This document shows positions 1-10,600 of a stretch of DNA of 64,000 nucleotides, one piece after another. The translations under genes and the position numbers were made by a program. The notes beneath the pieces are model-generated. The model saw only the letters and a program-made list of their open reading frames with translations. It was not told the origin of the DNA and did no database searches. Origin of the DNA: Macrostomum lignano (Eukaryota); contig NIVC01001481.1 of assembly GCA_002269645.1 (NCBI GenBank), positions 217,331 to 281,330 of the forward strand, read 5' to 3'. Numbering within the stretch: the stretch's first letter is position 1; each line of letters starts with the position of its first letter.

Positions 1-277
1 TTCCTGCGCTGTCCCCCTCTTCTGGTACCTACTGACGGTACTTTGTGCGCTCACCGTCACCCCATCCCTTACTAAAACTCCCAAATGGTGACGCAAGTCT
101 TGTGACCCCTTTTTCCCCTCGATGACTCATGCTTCAAGAGTCAGTTTGAAGCATTTTATTGCTTGCGATGCGACTCTGAGGCCGTAAGGTCATATCTGAG
201 GCCAGAGTTGCTGTAGAATCTTCCAGGCACCCAAGCTGGCGCAACGCCTCTGGCGAAATTATCCCACATCCAGCAGC

Positions 278-414
278 GCTGAGGCGATGCTGCCCATTCC
301 GCTGGCTCCTGAGCACACACAAGCGCGCCAATACCGTACGCAGGCACGCACTCAAACACACGCTCACACAGGGTGTACAGCGGCCCTGGCTTTCTAATCG
401 TAAGGCATGTACAC
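278..414. repeat. Unclassified dispersed repeat, copy 1 of 3 (others about 4253-4395 and 32948-33075)
   Basis: Shared core gatgctgcccattccgctg...acaagcgcgccaatac.gtacgcaggca.gcactca...cagggtgtacagc...tttctaatcgt.aggc. All three copies have the same orientation. Confidence 0.75.
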
Positions 415-518
415 TCTGTACACTCATTGCTTTAGGGGCGTAGATGAGAACTGATAAGAATTAGGGGGGGGGGGGGCAGACTGCTACTCCTAACCCGAAC
501 CCGACCAGCCTCTCTCAC

Positions 519-3500
519 CTGCTCGCTAGCCAGACTGATAGGAAGCAACAGCTCTGGCTCGGTGGCCTGGCCAGCTTCATCAATCAGCGCGTGCGTGAAG
601 TGGCCTCTGCGCAGTCGGAGCCCGTGTAGCCAGCCGGTGGTGACGCAGGTGGCCACCAGGACGCGGTGCATCGCGGCTCGGCCGAGTCGATCCGGCCCGA
701 CCGACGCGGCGGCCACTGCCGGTGTCGTCACCGACTCGACGTCTTTCCGACGAGCGGCGTTGAGCCGCACCAGCTGTCCGGCGGACACCCGGCCGGACGC
801 GAGCAGCCGGTCGGCCAGCTGGTCAGCGGCCGAGTTGGACGGGGCGCAGACGAGCAGGCGAGAGTCGGGCAGGCGGTTGAGCAGCTGCAGGGCGCACTCG
901 ACCAGGGTGACGGTCTTGCCCGTGCCCGGCGGTCCGAACACCACGTAGGGCCGCGGGCGACGCCGGCCGGCCAGGATTCGGCGGACGGCGCAGCGCTGGC
1001 GCTCGTTCAGCCGGCTGTTGAAAAACTCCAAACTGCGGCAACATGCTTGCGGCGGTTTAACGTCGGCGGAATCGAGCTCCGGGAAGAGGGTCGGCCAGGG
1101 CAGCGAGCTGGACGAGCCGGCCAGCGACACAGCGTGATGGCAGCGCCGGTAGCCGGTGCGGTTGACGCAGAACTGCACGCTGAAGGTGCACGGCGACTGG
1201 CTTGGCAGCGTCTGGGCCAGGGCCGAGTGCAGGTGCGGATGGAACTTCAGCAGAGCCTGGCTGCAGCGCAGCTCGTGCACGTAGCCTTCGTAGCCTGGGT
1301 CGGCGGGGCGCGAGTTCAGGGCCTCCAGCTGCTGAAGGCTGGCGTTGGGACGGGCCCGGACCTGCGAGGGGATCGACGATGAGATTGATAATGAGACTCG
1401 GGTGATGACATTGATGAGACTCAGGTGATGAGATTGATGAGACTCAGGTGATGAGATTGATGAGACTCAGGTGATGAGATTGATGAGACTCAGGTGATGA
1501 GATTAATGAGATTCGGGTGATGAGATCGATGAGACTCAGGTGATGAGATTGATGAGACTCAGGTGATGAGATGGATGAGACTCAGGTGATGAGATTGATG
1601 AGACCTGATCAGGTGATGAGATTGATGAGGCTCAGGTGATGAGATTGATGAGACTCTGGTGATGAGATTGATGAGACTCAGGTGATGAGATTGATGAGAC
1701 TTAGGTGATAAGATGGATGAGATTGATGAGAATTTAGTCATGATTTGAGAAGATTACTGAGGGTTGATGAGTGCTGAGAATATTGATGCGTAGGAACCGC
1801 ATAGAGAAATCACTTCAAAGCCTCAAAGCTAACAAAAAATCGGTTTCTGCAAGCAAATGAAGCCATCCCAATTCCATAGCAACGAGTTTACCTTGTCCCC
1901 AAACAGTAGGCTGGGCCTGCCCTCGGCCAGTCCGGGCACCTCCAGCGCCAAGTACTGCCGTCCGGGCCCGGCCGGTTCCAGCATGGCCAAGTCCAGGCTG
2001 TACTGACGCAGAGACAGCGCCTCGGCCAGCTCCTCCAAGTGCAGCAGGGCGCTCAGTTTGGCCGCATAGCAACGGCCCGGCGACAGCGGCTCGGCCAGAC
2101 TCGGCCAGCCGGCCAGAAGGCGCCGCTCGATTTCCGCTTCGTCGTCGTCTTTGTTGTCGTCTCCGTCGCCGTCGCCATCGCCGGCGCCCAGGATGAGGCG
2201 GGCCATGGACGGCGGTGGCTGGTGCTGGCCGAGGCGGTGCGGCAGCCGGATGGTCTCGGGGCCGCGGGCCGGCCGAACACCGGGCAGGACTCGGGCGGAG
2301 TCGACGTCGCCGGTGTCGTAAATCTGGCTGTCGAAGCCGGCGACGTGTCGGCGAGCGCCGCGGCCGAAGCTGGCGTACGGCCTCGGAGTTGTTGCCGATG
2401 ACGCCGCCGACTGCAGAGGGCCCGAGTCGCAGAGCGGATCGGCGACTGTGACTGTGAGCGACAGACCGACTGAGAACTCGGCGAATTCCACGATGCACAG
2501 CTGCGTGTCCGTGCCGGGCAGGCGGCAGAGGCAGCGGATGAGCATCTGGATTGAGGAGGATAAGGGGGCGGATGAGCATCTGGATGGAGGATGAGGGGGC
2601 GGATGAGGATCTGGATGGGGGGATAAGCGGGCGGATGAGCATCTGGCTGGAGGATGAGAGGGGGATAAGCATCTGGATGGGGGGATAAGGGAGCGGATTA
2701 GGGGCGGATAAGGGGGCGGATGAGGATCTGGATGGAGCGGAAAAGTAGGCAGATGAGGATCTAGATGGGGCGGATAAGGGGAGGATGAGGATCTAGATGG
2801 GGCGGATAAGGGAGGATGAGGATCTGGATGGAGGATGAGGGGGCGGATGAGGATCTGGATAGGGGGATAAAGAGGCGGATAAGGATCCAGATGGGGAGGA
2901 TAAGGGGGTGGATGAAGCTCTGAATGGGGCGGATAAGGGGGCGGATGAAGCTCTGAATGGGGCGGATAAGGGGGCGGATGAGGATCTGGATGGGGCGGAT
3001 GGGGATCTGGATGGGGCGGATGAGAATCTGGATGGGGATGGGGGCGATTCAGGGGGCGGATGAAGCTCTGAATGGGGCGGATAAGGGGGCGGATGAGGAT
3101 CTGGATGGGGCGGGTAAGGGGGCGGATGAGGATCTAGATGTGGAGGATAAGGGGGCGGATGAGGATCTGGATTGGGCGAATAAAGGGGCGGATAAGGATC
3201 CAGATGGGGAGGATAAGGGGGTGGATGAGGATCTGGATGGGGAGATAAAGGGGCGGATGAGGATCTGGATGGGGCGGACGAGGATCTGGATGGGGCTGAT
3301 GAGAATCTGGATGGGGCTGATGAGAATCTGGATGGGGCTGATGAGGATCTGGATGGGGATGGGGGCGATTCAGGGGGCGGATGAAGCTCTGAATGGGGCG
3401 GATAAGGGGGCGGATGAGGATCTGGATGGGGCGGCTAAGGGGGCGGATGAGGATCTGGATGGGGCGGCTAAGGGGGCGGATGAGGATCTGGATGGGGCGG

Positions 3501-5384
3501 CTAAGGGGGCGGATGAGGATCTGGATTGGGCGGCTAAGGGGGCGGATTAGGATATGGATTATTAAATTATTTTATTCAAAATAATTAAATTTCTCAAACC
3601 TCCACAGAATCGCCAGGAGAAACAGTCAGCCTCGCATCGCCCTCTTCCTTGACCACACAGAACTGGTCATTGGTAGTCGAGTCTACCCGAGCGCCAAGCC
3701 ACACAATAGGCTCATCTCCCGCATTTGTAATGGAGACTTTGCGCTCCAAATCTGAGCCCAGGCTTGCCCGACTAAAATTACAAATAGGCGGCTGAAACTG
3801 GACACCGGCAGCGTGAGGATCGGTCAAGGAGCTGCCAGCAGACACCGTCAACAGGTGGGATTCGTGTGGCACCATGGTGCCGAGGTCCCACATCTGCGAC
3901 CAGGTGTTGCCAGTCTGGGCCTGGTCTTCTTCGCCAAGATGGACAACCACAGCCCGATAGTTGCAAGTGCGGCTCTGGGGCGGGATTATGTTGAGCGGTT
4001 ATCGATTCATTATTTAATTACGGCATCGTCTTAAAATGACAAAAAACTCGTTTTCTCCTACTAACAGTAGATTAAGGACAAGCGAACATCGTTATTCGTT
4101 AGGATACGTATTTTATTAATTGCAAATGAAGACAGTCAGTTTAATAGTAGAAGAGAGAGGGGTTTCATGACTAGAATTCGCACTGTCTACCTGACATATA
4201 GGAGCTTTTTAATTCACCCTGGCGCATTTTAAGCGACATTGTCACACAACCGGCGAGAGGCATTACTGCTCATTTCACAGACTCCCCTGAGCAGGCACAC
4301 AAGCGCGCGGATACGTACGAAGTCATACGCACAGGCACACACTCACACAGGAGTGTACAGTGGCCCTAACTTCATTTATCTTTAGGCATGTACACTTCAC
4401 TGTGCCTTGGGGGTTGAGCCTCAAGGGCGTTAATTGCACGAGCAGAGCCAAGCCGAGATTCCAATTCAGCCCCCAAATTAATTTGACTGCACTTGGAATC
4501 GAGCCTTAAAGGCTTTATTTCGCTGTCTATTTGTTATTTGTAAAGAACAAGGATTCTATCCAGATGTCCCCCATCGGGGGGCGAAGATTGCTAGTAAATT
4601 TTACTAACTAGTTGTAAAGTTTTTACGGAGGCTGTGAAAATTGTCTTCGGTTTTTCAAACATACAAAAAAATAGGAAAGCAATCTTTTCCTCTACTAACA
4701 GTAGATAACGCGAGTATTAATATATTTTTATAAAGTTCGTACCTGCACAGACTCGATGGCTACGCCGTGCACGGGATCGCCGCGGCGCAGACGCTGTGCC
4801 CGAGGCTGCACAGCCCCGGCATGGAAGTAGACCTCGCCATTGGCGTAGCCGTGACTGGCCGCCATAGAGGTGACTCGGCCGGAGAAGCGCATCATACGGA
4901 GCGGTTGAACTCGAGTGACCTTAGCCTGCTCCTCCGTCCAGTCCAGCTCGGCCGTCACCCAGTCGCCCACAAACGGCCGATAGGACTCCGGCCACGCCAG
5001 TTCCATGGAGAACTCCAGCGAGTTTTCTAGCACTCCAGTCCTGCTCCTCTGATTGCAACTGCTGACTATGGTAACCAGATTACTGGGCTTCGGCTTCTGG
5101 CGGGCCTCCAACTGAGCCAGCCGGTTCAGTAGGACCTGGTCCGATGTCTTCGGAGTCCAGTTGTCGTCCTCCTCCTCCGCAGCGTCGTCCGCGCCTTCGA
5201 CACCAACAATTTCATCGCCGATGTTGTTCGCATCGGAGTCGACATCCTCTAACTGGCCAAGGATGTCGTCGTCATCGTCTATGCTAGCGTCGGAGTCGAG
5301 TGCCAGAATCCAGAGATGCTTGAGCGCCAAGGACAGCGCCAATAGTAGGCGTTGACCTAGCAGCTCCAGTGCCAAGAATTGCAT
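519..5384 (-). CDS. MOV10L1: MOV10L1/Armitage-like UPF1-family (SF1B) RNA helicase, 5' part; exons 5384-4743, 3974-3600, 2545-1892, 1361-519; further exons lie beyond the window start
   Basis: All junctions are GT-AG and phase 0, giving 838 codons. Walker A is GPPGTGKT and motif II is DEAGQ, with CAPSNSAAD and LNERQRCAV also present. Exon 1 (RPFVGDWVTAE...VQPLRMMR...RRGDPVHGVAIESVQ) resembles the N-terminal OB/S1-like repeats of MOV10L1/Armi as I recall them, which favours MOV10L1 over MOV10. The start is uncertain: ATG at 5384 or the in-frame ATG at 5447. Confidence 0.85.
1378..1740. repeat. 23-bp minisatellite in MOV10L1 intron 3
   Basis: Unit GATGAGATTGATGAGACTCAGGT repeated in tandem. 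Confidence 0.95.
2534..3550. repeat. About 33-bp minisatellite filling MOV10L1 intron 2 and overlapping the 3' splice site
   Basis: Unit approximately GATGAGGATCTGGATGGGGCGGATAAGGGGGCG. The first unit contains the acceptor AG and the first exon codons. Confidence 0.95.
4253..4395. repeat. Unclassified dispersed repeat, copy 2 (more diverged), in MOV10L1 intron 1
   Basis: cctgagcaggcacacaagcgcgc...cacactcacacaggagtgtacagtggccct...aggcatgtacac matches the copy at 278-414. Confidence 0.65.
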
Positions 5385-5853
5385 TATTGCTGGTCGCAGT
5401 TGAGAGAGACTGTAATGAATAGATTTTAAATGTTTGGCAAATTCCATTCTAATTTTAGAATGTGCGTCGCTGTATTAATTTAACTCCACTCGTTTTAACC
5501 ATACATATAGAGTCTGAGTCAATGACGATTATGCGTAAGACAGTGCCTATTAAGTTCTTTTCGATACATATCGGCCATAAAATTTATTTCTAACACTGGC
5601 CTAGCTTATTAAATTATAAAATCATAGGGAAGCAAGGCCATAATTTTTTACTAAAAAATACCCTGGAAATAGCAGATTTGGACAATATAAATAGCCTATT
5701 CATATCATTAATAAAATAATAGTATGCTAGATTCACGAGCTCACTAGTAGTTTTTTGCCGTAAAAGGACGTTAAGAATATGAAAAATCAAAACAAGTTAC
5801 TGACAGTGTCAGAAAAATAATGATTTTTTCGATGAGTTTGTCGGACCTGTGGC

Positions 5854-5858
5854 AAAAA
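5854..5858 (-). terminator. Pol III oligo-T terminator of tRNA-Glu
   Basis: TTTTT on the minus strand, 4 nt after the tRNA 3' end. Confidence 0.75.
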
Positions 5859-5862
5859 TTCA

Positions 5863-5934
5863 TTCCCTGACCGGGAGTCGAACCCGGGCCACCTGGGTGA
5901 AAACCAGGGATCCTAACCGCTAGACCATCAGGGA
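5863..5934 (-). tRNA. tRNA-Glu, anticodon TTC
   Basis: Reverse complement TCCCTGATGGTCTAGCGGTTAGGATCCCTGGTTTTCACCCAGGTGGCCCGGGTTCGACTCCCGGTCAGGGAA (72 nt) folds as a full cloverleaf. The acceptor stem is TCCCTGA/TCAGGGA and the anticodon stem is CCTGG/CCAGG around loop TT-TTC-AC. A and B boxes are intact. Confidence 0.97.
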
Positions 5935-6704
5935 CCTATAAGCAGTCGAAGTTAAAGGGCTTTATAAACAGTTCAACCATATAATTCTTTCCTAGATTAA
6001 CAACAAAAACAAGTTAAGATTGAGTTTTGATTCATTTATTAAATTATACACAAGAAACAATTCCAGGCACAGTTTGTTGTTTATATTTGGGTGAAATTGA
6101 CAAGCAAGACGTTACATGAGCAAGAAAGCCGAAGCTTAACTTTTTCAGGTAAAATACCACTAGTTCATAATAAAGAACTATAAGTATAAAGTGCGAAAAT
6201 GTTGCTTGGTGTATTAATATGTTATGAATATATAAACTATACTAAAGTTAAAGAAATCTTGGAGTAAAAATTCTAAACCTAGCCGAAGTCGTTAACAGCG
6301 TCAGCGGACGCTGATTGATTAAATTTCGAATGCATTTGGCCTTTAATTAGACACTGATAGTAGCATGAATGGAGTTTTTCGCGATTTATGCTTGAAAGAA
6401 TACGAAATAATTGTTATTGTAGTTAGCTTTTAATTTTCAGTCGAAAAACTCTGAAGGAAGATGCAATAAGCAATTAGCTATTGTTTAACTGTATACTACT
6501 CGTAAAGTAATAATTTTCTTTGAGGTTGCAATCAGATTGATTTGATAGAATAGCTTAGATAACATTGCCTCATAGGTTAGGAATGCTAAACATAAATACT
6601 TGCTACAGGGAATTGCCAAGACTAACACAAAGCGAGAGACTTTGAACTAAGCATAATAATTGGCAACTTGGACACCGACAACAGGATGCACCGACGAGTC
6701 TTAG

Positions 6705-7320
6705 GAAGCGCCAAATCGGATGCGTCGGGGGGCGCCAAATTCTGATGTGTCGAAGGGGGGCGCCAAATCTGATGTGTCGGGGGGGGGGGGGGGCGCCAAA
6801 TTCTGATGTGTCGGGGGGGGGGCGCCAAATCTGATGTGTCGGGGGGGGGGGGCGCCAAATTCTGATTTGTCGGGGAGGGCGCCAATTCTGATGTGTCGGA
6901 CGGGGCGCCAAATATGATGTGTCGGACGGGGCGCCAAATCTGATGTGTCGGACGGGGCGCCAAATCTGATGTGTCGGGGGGGGCGCCAATTCTGATTTGT
7001 CGCACGGGGCGCCAAATCTGATGTGTCGGGGGGGGGGGGGGGGGGGCGCCAAATCTGATGTGTCGGACGGGGCGCCAAATCTGATGTGTCGAAGGGGGCG
7101 CCAAATCTGATGTGTCGGACGGGGCGCCAAATCTGATGTGTTGGACGGGGGGCGCCAAATCGGGTGTGTCAGGGGCGCCAAATCGGGTGTGTCAGGGGCG
7201 CCAAATCGGATGTGTCAGGAGCGCCAAATTGGATGTGTCGGGGGCGCCAAATCGGATGTGTCAGGGGCGCCAAATCGGATGTGTCGGGGGCGCCAAATCA
7301 GATGTGTCAGGAGCGCCAAA
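6705..7320. repeat. About 27-bp GGCGCC-core minisatellite downstream of MED25
   Basis: Unit approximately GGGGCGCCAAATCTGATGTGTCGGACG with a variable G-run. Confidence 0.92.
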
Positions 7321-7541
7321 TAGAACAGTTGGTCAGAAATTGCTATGCTTCAAATGCCCTACGCCAGCCAACCGACAGCTACATGAACATTACGTGCAAG
7401 AAGCCGGTGCATTCGACAAGCAAACAACATTAAAATGCTTAAACAGCATTAATTTTAAACAAATCTATGCAACACTGTCATTAATTAAGTTAAACATCTA
7501 CACGGAAAGAATGCTGAATCATTAGCTTCGATTTAACGCTG

Positions 7542-10274
7542 TTAATAACGCTGTTGATCGTGAAATCCCATTTGAGGATTTCGCATCTGTTGAGGATCTA
7601 AATCAACGGTTGCCTGGTGATACATTTGCTGCTGCTGCTGCTGCGGCGCCTGCTGAGCCATTATAACCTGCTGCATCTGAGGCTGGCTGGACGCCTGATG
7701 AGGCGCATAGGAGGCTGGGACGTTTAACCTTGCTGGCGTTATCATTCGGCCCTGCATCGACTGCGGCCCTGGCAAGCGCTGCAGGGAGAGAGGGGTGAGA
7801 ATATTTTGCTGCGAGAGCTAGATATGCCTGCCTTCTATACATGGTTGATCAGATAACGATTAGAATTAACTGCACGTTTATCAGATATCGATGAGAATTA
7901 ACTGTGTGTTTGTACCAATATCGATTAGAATTAACTGTGTGTTTGTACTGATATCGATTAGAATTAACTGTGTTTGTACCAATATCGATTAGAATTAACT
8001 GTGTGTTTGTAACGATATCGATTAGAATTAACTGTGTGTTTGTACCAATATCGATTAGAATTAACTGTGTGTTTGTACTGATATCGATTAGAATTAACTG
8101 TGTGTTTGTACCAATATCGATTAGAATTAACTGTGTGTTTGTACTGATATCGATTAGAATTAACTGTGTTTGTACCAATATCGATTAGAATTAACTGTGT
8201 GTTTGTACTGATATCGATTAGAATTAACTGTGTTTGTACCAATATCGATTAGAATTAACTGTGTGTTTGTAACGATATCGATTAGAATTAACTGTGTTTG
8301 TACCAATATCGATTAGAATTAACTGTGTGTTTGTAACGATATCGATTAGTATTAACTGTGTGTTTGTACTGATATCGATTAGAATTAACTGTGTTTGTAC
8401 CAATATCGATTAGAATTAACTGTGTGTTTGTAACGATATCGATTAGAATTAACTGTGTGTTTGTAACGATATCGATTAGTATTAACTGTGTTTGTTTCGA
8501 TATCGATTAGAAATAAATGTGTTTTGTACTGATATCGATTAAAATTAACTGTGTTTTTGTACCTATATCGATTAGAATTAACTACGTGCTTATTCCGATA
8601 CCGATTAGAATTAACTGCGTAATTTTTCCCGATATCGATTAGAATTAATTGCGCGCTCGTTTGGATATCGATTCTATCTAAAACACAACAAGAACTCACC
8701 AGATTGCCGTGCGTTGGTGTCTCCATGCGCGATATCTTCTGCGGCGGCCCGCCAGCAACCTGCTGCTGTTGCTGTTGCTGCAGCGAGCCCGGATGCGCCT
8801 GAATGATCATCGACTGAGAAGGAAGTTGAAAATGGAGTTTTAGTTAAAATGATAGCTGTGTCACTTGCTCTTGGTGCATAGTTATATACTACGGTGAGGG
8901 AATCGCACCTGACACTACTGAATCATCATGGAGGGGGTGGCAGCATACTGAATCATCATGGAGGGGGTGGCAGCATACTGAATCATCATGGAGGGGATAG
9001 CAGCATACTGAATCATCATGGAGGGGATAGCAGCATACTGAATCATCATGGAGGGGATAGCAGCATACTGAATCATCATGGAGGGGATAGCAGCATACTG
9101 AATCATCATGGAGGGGATAGCAGCATACTGAATCATCATGGAGGGGATAGCAGCATACTGAATGATCATGGAGGGGGTGGCAGCATACTGAATCATCATA
9201 AAGGGGATAGCAGCATACTAAATCATCATAAAGGGGATAGCAGCATACTGAATCATCATGGAGGGGGTGGCAGCCTACTGAATCATCATGGAGGGGATAG
9301 CAGCATACTGAATCATCATGGAGGGGATAGCAGCATACTGAATCATCATGGAGGGGATAGCAGCATACTGAATGATCATGGAGGGGGTGGCAGCATACTG
9401 AATCATCATAAAGGGGATAGCAGCATACTGAATCATCATGGAGGGGGTGGCAGCATACTGAATCATCATGGAGGGGGTGGCAGCATACTGAATCATCATG
9501 GAGGGGGTGGCAGCATACTGAATGATCATGGAGGGGATGGCAGCATACTGAATCATCATGGAGGGGGTGGCAGCATACTGAATGATCATGGAGGGGATGG
9601 CAGCATATTAAATGATCATGGAGGGGATGACAGTCTAGTGAATTATCAAGAAGGGGTTCACTGTTTTTCTGATATGATCTGGAAGGGATCTTAGACATAT
9701 TATCCCACAATGCAATAAAAAAGGGGCAGTTTAACATCAGGACGGAAGCCAAAAGTTAATTAATTCAATGCTTTATAAAAAATCAATAAAAATCAGTCTC
9801 ATAATAAAAATGATGTGGTAATAGTAAACAACCAATATAGAAAATTATTGTTAAAAATGAAAAATTTAAAAAAGAATTATTAACAAAAAATGGACGTTAT
9901 AAAAGTACAGTTTTTTAATGCACCATAGCCTTACGATCATACCTGTACCTTAATCTTTGGCGGAGTAACCTGAGCAACGTGATGTTGATAATTACTCAGC
10001 GACGATGTACTTTGTCGCTGGCTGGTTGAAAAATCCTATGCGTGCATAACGACGGCAGTTGCCATGACAATAAATTATATCTGGTATTTATAGCTAACAG
10101 CCAACTACATGAGAATAAGTAATTAAAACAAGATAAGTAGTTAAATGCACACATTTTAAGACAACACTGAGAGAGCTAGTGACACAATAGGATAGAACTA
10201 GTGTTAAAATATACACAAATGTTAATGTTAATAAATATTCAATAATCTAGCAGTGCTAGCGAGTGCAAAGATTG

Positions 10275-10330
<56 letters not shown>

Positions 10331-10343
10331 AAGACAGACAGAA

Positions 10344-10384
<41 letters not shown>

Positions 10385-10405
10385 CAGACAGACAGATAGA
10401 CAGAC

Positions 10406-10484
<79 letters not shown>

Positions 10485-10493
10485 TAGACAGAC

Positions 10494-10552
<59 letters not shown>

Positions 10553-10553
10553 A

Positions 10554-10600
<47 letters not shown>

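Noticed and set aside
100-422. Solo LTR reading (TGTACA...AATAAA...TCACA on the minus strand)
   Set aside because: The flanks give no matching 4-6-bp TSD, and the other two copies do not share the 3' part.
562-2451. Plus-strand ORFs overlapping MOV10L1 exons, and similar antisense or alternate-frame ORFs over USP, CYC1 and the LINE
   Set aside because: They are shadow ORFs of GC-rich coding sequence with no recognisable domains. Many start at TTG/GTG, which are not credible starts here.
8889-9752. Long repetitive ORFs in arrays (also 2957-3550, 16893-17597, 18231-18908, 27817-28497, 36257-37075, 39878-40621, 57764-58427)
   Set aside because: They are translations of tandem repeats lacking stops in some frames. 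Most lie inside introns defined by flanking in-frame exons.
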